From Mobula hypostoma (taxonomy: Eukaryota): a DNA stretch of 64,000 bases. Of this stretch, positions 1 to 12,887 are shown piece after piece; within the stretch, counting starts at the first letter, position 1, and every line of letters starts with the position of its first letter. Under the pieces are notes generated by a model. The model had not been told where the DNA came from. It searched no databases and was given only the letters and a program-made list of their open reading frames with translations. Made by a program: the position numbers and the translations under genes. The DNA is taken from assembly GCF_963921235.1 (NCBI RefSeq), contig NC_086097.1, positions 177,260,001-177,324,000 on the forward strand. Direction: 5' to 3'.

Positions 1-285
1 GACATGGGAGGGTAAAGGAGTTGATATGCTATCGCTGAGGCCTTCAGGCCATAGTTGGAGACAGTGTCCAAAAAAGAGTAAAAAAAAACAGGTGAAAGTC
101 ACAGCAGACATGCAATCTCTACCCCATCAGTGCCCAGGCTAACCCAGCTGACTCTCGGTCAGGTTTTAGAGCTGATGAAAGCAGCGTCGAGGTTGTAAAA
201 TGATGTTGCGGCGGTCCCCACTGCCAGTGCTGGTGACCCACGGATATATACAACAGCATTATCAGGGGTCCGGCAATGAGATGTG

Positions 286-2815
286 TTAGTGGACACAGGG
301 GCATCAATATTGATAACTGACAATAACCAGACAAGCTATTAGTATTACGGGTGGTAGGAGGGAAAACAGTGAAAACAGAAAGAAGCAAGTCACGAATACT
401 TGAAATCGGCAGACTGCAGCTTCCAGTGTATTTCTGGATCTGTCCAAATAATGAGGGTACTATCCTTGGACTAGATATCCTAAAGGAAGCCGGGACCATT
501 ATAGATTCGGGAAAGGGAGAAATAATATGGACAAGCCAGGGGCAGTGAACATATGTGCAACCACCAGAGAACACAATATAGCCAGCATAACCACACTGAC
601 AGCAGTTCAGAGCAAAGTGAAGGAACTAAAACACCAGGGGATACCCAGAGAGACTGCATCAACTACCAACTCCCCTATGTGGCCAGTAAAGAAACCTGAC
701 GGATCATGTCAGTTAATAATAGACTGTACCACCCTTAATAAAACCAGTCGACCAGCTTACAATATGTAGATGATCTACCAATTGTTTTGGAAAATGAAGC
801 AGGTCATTTAGGGGTGATAGCCAGTGTTTTAGAGACGAGGGGTTTAAAATCAGTCCACGGAGGCTCAGATAGGAAAAGAAACTGTACAGTACCTTGGCAA
901 CACCATTTCCCATGGGAGGAAGGACATGTCAGATGACAGACGTTCTGCAATCAGCTTCATGCCCACCCAGTAAACATTAGGGGAGTGAAGAGTTTAATGG
1001 ATCTATTTAATTACTGCCAGGATTCTCAGCACTAGTGGCCCCGATACAGGCCCGATTAAAGGAGGGAAGCCCCCTCTGGAGGAAGTAATATGGGGGCCAG
1101 AAGAGGAGAAGGCTTTTACAGATATCACGAAAGCCCTGGTCTCTCCACCTGCACAAGGGTTACCAGATGCAGCTCGCCCCTTTCGCCTGTACTGGAGCAA
1201 TGAGGGAGGGCACTACAACACAGTGTGTCTGCCAGCAGAGGTGGCCATAACTGAAGTAAAGGGCAGAGTGAGGAGCAGAAGGGAAGCGAGTGGGCAGACA
1301 TCAATGTGAAGAAGGCAGCAGAGAAACAAGAGGCAATTGAAAGTACGTACAGGAAGAAACACTGGAAAGCCAGTTTAATAAAATTATATGAAGAGGTGGA
1401 GGCAGAAGGGAAGGAGAAAGGGAGCAAAGGAGAGACCAGGTAGGAGTTGGACCCAGGGGGAGGAAGGAGTCGTGGTGGCCCCACCATGTATTAGGCAGAT
1501 ACTGATTCAAGATTCAAGATTCAAAAAACTTTATTGTCATTCTAACCGTACATCAGCTCTGCAGGGCAGAATGAGACAGCGTTTCTCAGGAGCAGTGCAA
1601 TCATAACATAACAAACGCAACATTAAATAATAAACATAACAATAAATAGTAAAACACAACAGCCACATGTCAGTTAAAATCAAGTTATAAGTGACCAGTG
1701 CAAGTTAAAAGTGTCCAAAGCAGAGTCAGGTAGAGCAGCTATTTAGCAGTCCGACTGCCTGTGGGAGGAAGCTGTTTAGTAGCCTTGTGGTTTTAGTTTT
1801 GATGCTCCTGTAATGTTTGCCTGATGGCAGAAGAACAAACAGTTCATAGAGAGGGTGCGAGGGGTCTGAAGTTATATCATGGGTTGATGCGTCAGGGAAG
1901 GCAGACTGTGATCACAATCATCCGGCAGGACTGCTGGTGGCCAGGGATGGGCAGAGATGTTGAGAAATTCTGCCACCATTGTATCATGTGTGCTCAGCAT
2001 AACCCTGGTAAGGCCGTAAAGCTACAGCTGGCAAACCAGCCATGGCTGAGGGGACCCTGGGAAAACATTCAGATAGATTTCACGGGTCCCCTACCCAAAA
2101 GCAGGGGGAAAAGCTACTGTCTAGTAATTATGGATCACTTCACCCAGTGGGTAGTGGCTTCCCAACGAGGGACTGCACCGCCAGCACCACTGTACGGATT
2201 CTAGTTCAGGAAATCCTCCAGGTGGACTCGGATCAGGAACACATTTCACGGGGGAAGTGATGAAGGAAATGTGCAAACTGTTAGGGATTCGACAATGTTT
2301 CCACGTACCTTACCACTCTCATGGTAGAAAGGATGAACTGAATATCAAGAATGCCTTAGCCAAAGCTATAACTGAGATGGGAAAGATATGGGTTGATGTA
2401 TTACCAGGAATCCTGATGAGATTGTTAGCAACCCCAAACCACATGTGGGGTCTCAGCCCCTACGAATAATTGATAGGGTGAGCAATGCGACTCCCTTATG
2501 GGGTAACTATGGGTTGCAGTGAGTGTGGGACTTACAGGGATAGAATGACACAGTGTGAGAGACCATTGTATCAACTTAAAGTGTTGAAGGACTGAGCAAA
2601 AACAACAGCAGCACATTACTGATCAGAGAAAGCCGGGGGTGGGGATAGTCCTCTCACAGCCGTGACCAAGATATGGTGAGGGTGCTGCGTGAAAGGGCAG
2701 GGTTTGCTCCCCAGGTGGATAGGACCACAGATGGAGCTTTAACAAGTGACGCTTGTGTCTGTGTGCAGACTCAGTGAGGCAGCCAGTGGAAACCCTGGAC
2801 AGGTGTCAGCCATAC
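286..2815 (+). pseudogene. pol: Retroviral pro-pol pseudogene (protease, RT, tether, RNase H, integrase)
   Basis: Tether WGPEEEKAF..GLPDAARPFRLYW; RNase H C-terminal SEEQKGSEWADINVKKAA; integrase YHG..WWPGM..CIMC, QIDFTGPLP, DSDQ and MVERMN. RT motifs A/B are deleted between about 750 and 757. Confidence 0.85.
1506..1865 (-). mobile_element. Rex1-type LINE 3' fragment inserted in the ERV integrase
   Basis: (GATTCAA)n tail at 1504-1524. Removing the insert restores the frame ILKLYH. CTGA is repeated at 1502-1505 and 1866-1869. Confidence 0.7.
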
Positions 2816-3416
2816 GGCTCACCTTCTTGTTGCTCCCACAGACAGAGCGGGGGATCAAGTGTACCCAGTAACTGTGTAATTACAGGGAACCTAAGAGATG
2901 AACACCAGCCAGCCACACCAGACCTGACCACAGTTGATGGAAGAACACCCGCTGTAAACGCAAAGACGGAAGACACCGAGAGCGTGACAGAAAGCCGTGA
3001 CTAGCATGCTGAAGTGTGATGGTAACGGTACCCCATAATGAAGGCTGGTTGCTGAAGGCAGATGGTTAGTTAAATAGCATAGAGTAGAAAAGATATTGTG
3101 GAAAATAGATGGGGAGGCAGACAGCAAGTTCTACAACTTCAATGGCATGGCAGATTGAGAAAAATCACACACAGCATCTGAAGGCAGTCACCCCCAGCCT
3201 GAATGGGGAGTGAATACAAATGAGCTGGGCCCAGTCGGGCCAGTGATTGACTGGACAGTTCAGAAGAGGTTGCCACCAGGGAGAGATCCTTGCAGTCATT
3301 CAAACAGAGCATCCTAGCCCCTTCTTGTACATTAATGAGAGGCCTGTGAGCCCGATACATTTACCCTGCTGGTGGCCCTGGAAAGAGAGAGTTTTAGCTC
3401 CCAGAGAATGAAGGGG

Positions 3417-3729
3417 TGAAGACAAGGAATGTGATTAAGCTGCAATCGGCCAGCATGGGAAGAGCCAACAGGTATTCGAATGAAGCTGCATTTCTAAAAA
3501 CTGTTGTTCAAATTTCTGAACAGTCTTTCTGCTTAGCATTTTGTAGGTAGTGATTAGGGATGATAGGGTAAATGTTGATGCTCATAAAATACTTGAGGGG
3601 AATCCCAAGGCAGGGCATTTTTGCTGCCCCATTTGAGTAGATCCTCCTTATGGAGGGCCTTTCCCGATACAAATTTATCTTTGTCCAGGAGAGACTGTTA
3701 GAGCAAGTTTTGGGTTTAGCACATTTACA
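3417..3729 (+). repeat. Putative 3' LTR of the ERV
   Basis: Purine-rich tract AGAGAATGAAGGGG immediately before TG; a TTACA end at 3729; CATAAAA TATA-like motif inside. There is no second LTR in the window to confirm it. Confidence 0.35.
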
Positions 3730-3855
3730 TTTAGCAAATTAACTCTCAGCCACCAGTCTTCAAATCTGAATATAAATTGTAGATTTAATTTAAATGAACA
3801 ATAGGTTCCTAAATGACGTGAATCACAGACCAGACAATGGTGATTAAAATTCATT

Positions 3856-4127
3856 TACCACAAACAAGAGAAAATCTACAGATGCTGGAAATCCAAGCAA
3901 CACACACAACAGGGCAGGCAGCTCCTATGGAAGAGTACAGTAGATGTTTCAGGCTGAAACCCTTCAGCAAGACCGGAGAAAAAATGCTGAGTAGATTTCT
4001 CCTCCCCCACCTTTTAAATCTACTGCTTAGCTTTTTTTCTCCAGTCTTGCCAAAGGGTTTCAGCCTGAAACGTCGACTGTACTCTTCCATAGATGCTGCC
4101 TGGCCTGCTGAGTTTTGTGTGAGTTGC
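3856..4127. mobile_element. Palindromic miniature Penelope-like element (272 bp)
   Basis: Inverted arms about 3913-3998 and 4016-4105. 11-bp TSD TAAAATTCATT (3845-3855, 4128-4138). Homologous to the termini of the GIY-YIG element at 37653-39232. Confidence 0.8.
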
Positions 4128-4651
4128 TAAAATTCATTCAGTTCTCTGTGGTGGGTGTACAATTCAGGTAGTGTGAAGTTTGTGTGTATTTTCAAAGAAA
4201 ACACTGTAAATATGGAATTGTTCTTTGAAGTTTAGCACATAAAATGTGTGTAGTGCTGGGCATATCTAATCCTTTTGACCGAAAGCGTCTCCATATGATC
4301 CAAACTGCATTTTGTTTTGTCGAACAAAGAAACTGCTTCATATCTGCCACCGCTTTTCTCCAGTGACTTCCTTCATGCACCAACGTTCCTGTACTGCACT
4401 ATCTCATGTACTATGTTCTCTCTTTTTTACCCGCTCATCTGCTCTCCTCTGTTAATGAATGATGCACATATACCCCTTGATCCCCTCTTCTTACACCCTT
4501 TTAGAATTGTGTTCTGTAGTTTATATTGCCTCTTCTCATCCTTCCATCCAGAGTTCCACCTGTCACCTCTGTGACCATTCACCAACCTTTCCCTATCTCC
4601 ACTTCACATTTCACTATGTCTCCATGTTTTGCGTCATCTCCTGATTCAAGT

Positions 4652-5150
4652 TAGAGTCATAGGATCATACTGCACAGAAACAGGCCTTTCAGCCCAATTT
4701 GCCTAAGCTAGTCCCATTTGCCCACATTTACCCCTTATCCCTCTAAACCTTTACCACCCGTGTACCTCTCCAAATGCTTTTCAAACGTTGTTAACATTCC
4801 TGCCTCAACCACTTCTCAAGCAGCTCATTCCATATACTGACCACCCTCTGAGTGAAAGCATTACATCTCAGTTTCTTCCTCCTCTCATTTCTGTGCATTC
4901 ATCCTTTCTTCCTACGACCCTCATTTTATAAACCTCTGTAAGATCACCCCTCATTCTCCTACACTCCAGTGAAACAAGTCTCAACTTAAACAAAACCTTT
5001 CCATAACTCAGCCCCTTGAGTACCTGTAACACCCTTGTAAACCTCCTCTGCAGTTTTTCCAGTTTAATGTCATCTTTCCTACAACAGATTTACAAAACTA
5101 AACCCAGTATTCCAAATTCAGCCTCACCAATATACTTGGTCCATAGTTTT
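4652..5150 (-). mobile_element. CR1 LINE 3' fragment (old)
   Basis: Reverse complement matches the CR1 ORF2 C-terminus and 3' UTR seen in other copies in the window. Confidence 0.7.
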
Positions 5151-5282
5151 CTAAGTTACAGCAATTCAAGTTCTTGTCCAGATGCTTCTTCAATGTTGGA
5201 AGAGTCTCTGCCTCCACCATCCCCTCAGACACTGAGTTCCAGATTACAATCACCCACTGAGTAAAAATTTCTTCCCAAAATT

Positions 5283-5810
5283 GTGGTCACCCCATCACAG
5301 GGAGGATTTGGAGGCTTTGGAAAGGGTGCAGAAGAAGTCTACCAGGATGCCACCTGGATTAGAGGATTTGAGCTAAAGGAGAGGTTGAACAAACTTGCAT
5401 TGTTTTTGCTCGAGTGTCAGAGACTGAGGAGAGACTTCACAGAAATTTATAAAATAATGAGAGGCTTAGGTAGGACAGACAGTCAAGAGTCTTCTTTCCC
5501 AGGTTGTAAAAAGCAAATACCATTTGAGGTGAGAAGGCGGGAGAATAAAGGAGAATTGCGGGTCAAGGCTTTTTTTCACACAGAGAGCCGTAGATGTCTG
5601 GACTGGGATACCAGGGATGGTGGAAGCAGATACAATAATGGCGTATAAGGAAATTTTGTTGGGACTTGAATATGCAGAAAATGGAGGGATGTGGATCACG
5701 TGCAGTTAGAAGAGATTTAATTTAATTTGGCATCTTGTTCAGTGCAGACATCATAGGCTGAAAGGCCCATTCCTGCACTGTACTGCTTGCTCTGTGTTCT
5801 ATGTTCTATT
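5283..5810 (+). mobile_element. CR1 LINE 3' fragment
   Basis: ERLNKLALFLLECQRLRRDFTEIYKIMRG; TTCTATG-type tail. Confidence 0.8.
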
Positions 5811-7490
5811 ATGCCTTAAACATCCAAGTCCATTTCATTAAGGGATTAAGTCTGCATCAGGCTCAAGGGCAGCTTCTACCCTGCTGTTATATGGCTAATA
5901 AATGGTTCACTGGTGCGATAAAACGGACTACTGACCCCACAGCCTGCCTCGATACAATCTTACACTATTTTGTTTAACTGCCCTACACTTTCTCTGTAGC
6001 TGGTGCAATTTATTCTGCATTGTTATTGTTTTACCTTGTTCTGCATCAAAGCACTGTGTAATGATCTGATCCGCATGAACAGTGTGCAAGACAAGTTTTT
6101 CATTACATGTGACAATAATAATCCAATTCCAAATTAACACAAATGGAGGAATGCAGAGATCTGGTATCAATTCCTGGGGACCCGCTGCAATATATTTCCC
6201 CAAGGCCAGTAGACAACCTTTCACCCTCAAGTTTTTGAATCTATTTCTCACACCCACCGCCCCCACCCCACCCACCAGGGCTCAGGATCACCTGTCGACT
6301 TTATCTCCATCTCTTCCCTCCACATCTTTATATTAGCTATATCTTTCCAGTCCAGATGAAGGGTCTTGGCCCAAGGTGTCGATTATCCATTTCCCTACAC
6401 AGATGTATTTTTAATCCACCTAGTTCCTCCAGTGCTTTCTAAATTCCTTCAACCTAATTGAGAGCATAGATAGGTGCCACATTCCCTGGTGAAGAGGAAG
6501 AGAAATTTCCTCAAATCAAAATCAATGAACCTTTGGAACTCTCTATGCAAGAGAGATGTAAGTATTTTCTTATCCGGTATATATGACTGAGTTTGATGAA
6601 CATTTGGAAGCCCTAGTAATCTGAGGATTGGGCAGTGAAGTGATCTTGAATCTCAGGATCAGAGATAATCTTGTTGAGTACATTTAAGGACCCAAATAGC
6701 TTACACCCTGCTCTTTTCTTTTATAAACTAATGATTTTATTTGACACACACACGCACTGCACATATATCTTTGAAAATAGGAGTGAGGGATCTGTAAGGA
6801 ATCACATCCAACCTCATTTAGTTCCGTTAATCTCAGGGATTCATTAAACTGGTGAGCACAATATGAGAGATCAGTCATCTTTCATTCCATAGCCAGATAC
6901 AAGCAGTTAGAATTGTTCAATTATCTTGAGATTCTGTTTCCCTCCCTTGAGATAATTGGATTTTGTTCAGAGATTTAGTGAGCATCAGGTCAAATTCAAT
7001 AAACTTCTTCAAAGAATGCTGTGTTGCCTTATAGTTTATTTGAAATATTTACTCCGTACTTTGTTGCTTCAACTTGCACTCTTTTCACACTCCATTGGAG
7101 AAGTCAATGGCACTATGCTTCAGTTGCCGAGAATGTCACTTGCAAGACATTTGGATTCTGGAACTGTACGTTCTCCATTAATCTTGCTGACGCACGGAAC
7201 AGGGGCAACCAGAGGGCACAGACTCAGAGAAGAAGGACATCTCATTAGAGTAGAGATGAGGAGGAATTTCTTTAGGTAGAGGATGGTGAATCTGTGAAAT
7301 TCATTGCCACAGACAGCTGTGAATGTCAAGTCATTTGGAACATTGACAGTGGAGGTTATTAGGTTCTTAATTAGTGAGGGTGTTAAAGGTTATGGGGAGA
7401 AGGCAGCAGAATGGGATTAAGGAGGTAAATGTCAGCCATGATTGAATGGCGGAGCAGACTCGATGGGTCGAATTGCCTAATTCTGCTCTT

Positions 7491-8043
7491 GCAGTTTTGG
7501 TCTCCTAATCTGAGGAAAGACATTCTTGCCATAGAGGGAGTACAAAGAAGGTTCACCAGATTGATTCCTGGGATGGCAGGACTTTCATATGATGAAAGAC
7601 TGGATCGACTTGGCTTATACTCGTTGGAACTTAGAAGATTGATGGGGGATCTTATTGAAACATATAAAACCCTAAAGGGATTGGACAGGCTAGATGCAGG
7701 AAGATTGTTCCCGATGTTGGGGAAGTCCAGAACGAGGGGTCACAGTCTGAGGATAAAGAGGAAGCCTTTTAGGACCGAGATTAGGAAAAACTTCTTCACA
7801 CAGAGAGTGGTGAATCTGTGGAATTCTCTGCCACAGGAAACAGTTGAGGCCAGTTCATTGGCTATATTTAAGAGAGAGTTAGATATGGCCCTTGTGGCTG
7901 AAGGGATCAGGGGGTATGGAGGGAAGGCTGGTACAGGGTTCTGAGTTGGATGATCAACCATGATCATACTGAATGGTGGTGCAGGCTCGAAGGGCCGAAT
8001 GGCCTACTCCTGCACCTATTTTCTATGTTCCTATGCTTCTATG
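7491..8043 (+). mobile_element. Young CR1 3' fragment inserted in the tail of an older CR1 (about 7195-7490)
   Basis: Open frame QFWSPNLRKDILAIEGVQRRFTRLIPGM..FFTQRVVNLWNSLP; TTTCTATG-like tail. Confidence 0.9.
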
Positions 8044-8532
8044 TTTATGTCTTATGACAACTTAATTTTCAAGAAGTTGAATTCTGATATGTGGGTGAAA
8101 GACCAGTCATTAATTAAATAAATTATTATGCTTCTGAAGACCAATAACTGGAGAGAAACATTGGTAGATTGCAGCAACTTTGCCCCATCTGCCTGTTGCT
8201 ACAAGGAGTCAGGAATGGGGCAGAGGTCAGGTCCCAGGTCAGACAGCCTAGACTGAGGGGCTAGACACATCCTATATCCAAAGGGGTGGTATCACAACCA
8301 TACAGTTTGGACAACCCCGCCACTGAGGATATCTTCAAGAGATGGTGTCTCAAGAAGGTACATCACTACTAAAGACTCTCACCATCTGCGGCGTTCCCTC
8401 ATCTTATTGCTACCATCAAGAAGGAGGTACAGGAGCCTGAAGACCCACACTGAACAGTTTCTTCCTGTCCACCATCAAATTTTGACTTTATTTCTTACAT
8501 CCTTCACATACATGAGGAGCAAAAATTTACAT

Positions 8533-9102
8533 AGAGCCGTCTCTATTTCCTGAGGAGACTGAGGTCCTTTAACATCTGTTGGATGATGCTGGGGATGTTC
8601 TACAAGTCTGTGGTGGCCAGTGCAATCATGTTTGCTGTTGTGTGCTGGGGCAGCAGGCTGAGGGTAGCAGACACCAACAGAATCAACAAACTCATTCGTA
8701 AGGCCAGTGATGTTGTGGGGATGGAACTGGACTCTCTCACGGTGGTGTCTGAAAAGAAGATGCTGTCCAAGCTGCATGCCATCTTGGACAATGTCTCCCA
8801 TCCACTGGTTGGGCACAGGAATACATTCAGCCAGAGACTCCATCCACTGAGATGCAACACAGAGCGTCATAGGAAGTCATTCCTGCCTGTGGCCATCAAA
8901 CTTTACAACTCCTCCCTTGGAGGGTCAGAAACCCTGAGCCAATAGGCTGGTCCTGGATTTATTTCCATCTGGCATAATTTACATATTATTATTTAATTAT
9001 TTATGGTTTATATTGCTATATTTATACTCTATTCTTGGTTGGTGCAACTGTAACAAAACCCAATTTCCCTTGGGATCAATAAAGTATGTCTATCTCTCTA
9101 TC
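8533..9102 (+). mobile_element. Rex1/Babar LINE 3' fragment, nested in a minus-strand Rex fragment (about 8480-9466), itself nested in an older element (about 8290-9680)
   Basis: RLYFLRRLRSF..MFYKSVVASAIMFAVVCWG..SFLPVAIKLYN; AATAAA followed by a (TATC)n tail. Confidence 0.85.
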
Positions 9103-10603
9103 ATTACATCTCCATCTAAATGTGCAATGTGCAAATTATAGTAATTTGTAATAAATAGTATGTGCCAGACAGTCAATATAGCACAGAAGTACAGTTGTAT
9201 CAGTGTGAATTAATCAATCTGATGGTCTGGTGGAAGAAGCTGTCCCGGAGCATGTTGGTCCTGGCTTTTATGCTGCGGTACTGTTTCCTGGAAGGTAGCA
9301 ACTGGAACAGTTTGTGGTTGGGGTGACTCAGGTCCCCAATGATCCTTTAGGCCTTTTTTACACATCTGTCTCTGTAAATGTCCTGAATAGTGGGAAGCTT
9401 ACAACTACAGATGCACTGGTCTGTCCGCATCACTCTCTGCAGGGTCCTGCGATTGAGGGAAGTACAGTTTCTGAACAGTCCATGAACCCCGAAACATTGT
9501 TTCACTATTCCTCTTTCGCACTTTTTTTGTAACTTATAGCAATTCTATGTAACTTATGTAATTTTCTTGCACTACTCTTTTGTGATTTATGATAATTTTA
9601 TGTCTTTCACTATAGTGCTGAGGCAAAACAACAAATTTCATGTCATACAAGTCAATGGTAATAAATCTGGTTCAGGTTCTGTTCGCACAGCTGGAGTGAA
9701 GAATTGTGGATCTTCAAGCTCCTGTACACGAGCATATGACAATAAACTTGTCTTTGACTTTGACATACGATAATCATAAAATAGTTGCAATTCCAATTCC
9801 ATTTCTCCCCAATCTCTGAGGAAAGAGCTTTCTCCTGAATTCCCAATTGGAACAATTTCCTTCTCCTGCAGAAGCATCCCTGAGAAACAGGCTCTATCTG
9901 TAATTACACCTTTACACCCCTTGGGTTCTTGTATCATTTCTCACCCCCTTTTAATTCTAGTAAAGGAATCTGCCAAGTTTCATAACTTTCTGTGTGTTCC
10001 TTCCCCTGAAGCATAGTTCTTTCCTTTTCAATTAAGTTCTATTTTAATTTTAATTTAGTGTAAACCTTGCTCATTTACGGACAGATAGTAATGTCAGTTA
10101 GTCTATTTTAATCTCAAATGTTCCTTAGAGTAATTTTAATAGTCTGGTTCTGGAAAGGGATTCACAGTAATTTGCACACTATGTCTGTTGAACGTTCCCT
10201 AGTTCAAAGTAAATTTATTATCAAAATATATATACTGTGGTGCTAGGAAGTTTGTGAACCCTGTAGAATTTTCTCTATTTCTGCATAAATATGACCTAAA
10301 ATGTGATTAGATCTTCACATAAGTCCTAAAACTAGATAAAGAGAATCCAATTAAATAAATAACACAGAAAATTATACTTGTTCATTTATTTATTGAGAAA
10401 AATGATCCAATATTACATGAATTTGTTGGACAAAGTATGTGAACCTCTGGAGTAATGCCTTCTACAAAAGCTATTTGGAGTCAGGTGTTCCAACCAATGA
10501 GATGAGATTGGAGGTGTGGGTTGTAGAGGTGACCTGCCCTGAAAAAAAGACACACAAAGTCAGGTTACTGACAGAGCCTGCTCTTCTCAAGAAAGATCTG
10601 TTT

Positions 10604-11605
10604 ATGTGCACCAAGCCTCAATCAAAACAACTTTCAGAGGACCTTAGAAGAAGAATTTAGAGATGCATGAAGCTGGAAAAGGCTTCAAAAGCACTTCTAA
10701 AGATCTAATTGTTCATCAGTTGACAGTAAGAGAAGTTGTCTACAAATGGAGGAAATTCAGTACTGTTGCTACTCTCCCTAGGAGTGGGCAGCCTGCAAAG
10801 AGAACAACATGTAATTCTGAAGGAGGTGAAAAAGAACCTAAGGGTGACAGCAAGAGACCCGCAGAAATTTCTAGAACTTCCTAAAGTCTCTGTCCCTGTG
10901 TCCACTATAGGAAAAACACTGAACAAGAAAGGTGTTCATGGAAGGACACCATGGAGGAAACCCTGTTCTCCAAAAAAAAAACATTGTTGTATATCTCAAG
11001 TTTGCAAAAGACCACCTGGATGTTCTACAACATTTACGGGGCAATGTTCTGTGGATAGATGAGACAAAAGTTGAACCTTCTGGCAGAAATGCACATTACT
11101 ATGTTTAGGGGAAAAAAGGCACTGCACATCAACACCAAAACCTCATAACAACTGTGAAGCGAGGTAGAAGGAGCATCATGCTTTGGAGCTGCTTTGCTGC
11201 CTCAGGGCCTAGACAGCCTGCAATCATTAAGGGAACAATGAATTTGAAATTGTACATTTTACAGGGGAGTGTCAGGGTAACTGTCCATTACCTGAAGCTG
11301 AATAGAAGTTGGATAATACAACAAGACAATGATCCAAAAGACAAGAGTAAATCAACAACAAAATTGTTTAAAAAGAAGAAAATTTGTGTTTTGGAATGGC
11401 TGAGACAAAGTCCTGACCTTAATCCTATGGAAACGTAGTGGAAAGACCTGAAGCAAGCATTTCATGTAAGGAACCCACCAACATCCCAGAGTTGAAGTAC
11501 TTTTGGTAAGGAGGAATGGCGTGGACTTCCTCCAAGACAATGTGCAGGACTGATCAACAGATATTGGAAATGTTATTGCTGCACAAGGGGATCACACCAG
11601 TTACT
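10604..11605 (+). pseudogene. Tc1 transposase pseudogene
   Basis: SKQLSEDLRRRI..HEAGKGFK HTH region; WIDETK; QQDNDPK..SPDLNPME with 34 residues between D and E. Several frameshifts and stops. Confidence 0.92.
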
Positions 11606-11690
11606 GAAAGCAAGGGTTCACATACTTTTTTCAACAAATACATGTAATAGTGGATCATTTTTCTCAATAAGTAAATGAACAAGTATGATT

Positions 11691-12887
11691 GTGGTTGCTT
11701 ACCAAGTTAAGAACCCATGATATTACAGGAAAGTTACTAACATGATTAGAGCATTAGCTGATTGGTAAGAGGCAGCAAGTGGGAATTAAAGGATCCTTTT
11801 CTGGTTGGTTGCCAGTGACTAGTGGTGTTCCACAGGGGTCAGCGTTGGGACCACTTCTTTTTAGGCTGTATATAAATGATTTAGTTGATGGAATAGATGG
11901 CTTTGTTGACAAGTTTGCAGATGATACAAAGATTGGTGAAGGGGCAGGTAGTAGTGAGCAAACAGATAGGCTGCAGAAGGACTTAGACAGATTAGGAGCA
12001 TGGGCAAGAAAGTAGCAAATGAAATGCAATGTTGAAAAATGCAAAGTCATGCTCTTTGGTAGAAGAAATAAATGTGGAGACTATTATCTAAATTGGGAGA
12101 AAATCCAAAAATCTGAGATGCAGAGGGACTTGAGAGTTCTTGTGCAGAACACCCGAAAGGTTAACTTGTAGGTAAGGATGGTGGTGAGAAAGGCAAATGC
12201 AATGTTAGCATTCATTTCAAGAGGTCTAGAATGCAAGAGCAGAATGTGATGCTGAGGCTTTGTAAGGCACTGATGAGGCCTCACCTTGAGTATTGTGAAC
12301 AGTTTTGGGCTCCTCATCTAAGAAATGATGTGCTGGCATTGGAAAGGCTTCCAAAGGAGCTTCACAAGGATGATTCCAGGAATGAAAGTGTTAACATACA
12401 AGGAACATTTGATTGCTCTGGGTCTGTACTCACTGGAATTTAGAAGGATGAAGGGGGATCCCATTGAAACTTTTCAAATGTTAAAAGAGTAGATGTGGAA
12501 AGGATGTTTCCTATGTTGGGGGAGTCTAGGACAAGAGGACACAGCCTCAGGATAGAGGGGCGTCTATATAAAACAGAGATGCGGAGAAATTTCTTTAGCC
12601 ATAGAGTGATGTTTGTGGAATTTGTTACCACAGGCTGCTGTGGAGGCCAAGTCATTGGGTATATTTAAGGCAGAGCTTGATAGTTTCTTGATTGGACCTG
12701 GCATCAAAAGTTACAGGGAGAAGGCCAAGGAGTGGGGCCCAGGAGGGAAAAAGTATCGGCCACGATTAAATGGCTCGAAGGGCTGATGGCCTACTCCTGC
12801 ACCTATTGTCTATTGTCTATTGGCAGAGCAGACTCAGTGGGCCAGATAGCCTAATTCTACTCCTGTGTCTTATGATATTATGGTCTT
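11691..12887 (+). mobile_element. 5'-truncated CR1 inserted in the Tc1 right TIR
   Basis: [40 protein letters not shown]1 3' UTR. Confidence 0.92.

Larger units (their letters stand above)
1..3729 (+). mobile_element. Decayed endogenous retrovirus / retrovirus-like LTR element (gag end, pro, pol, 3' region); 5' part lies outside the window
   Basis: Gag zinc knuckle remnant CYR*GLxGHSWRQC (27-67). Protease LVDTGAS (286-306) and ILGLDIL. RT NSPMWPVKKPDGS and LQYVDDL (757-777). Integrase follows. Many stops, frameshifts and deletions. Confidence 0.85.
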
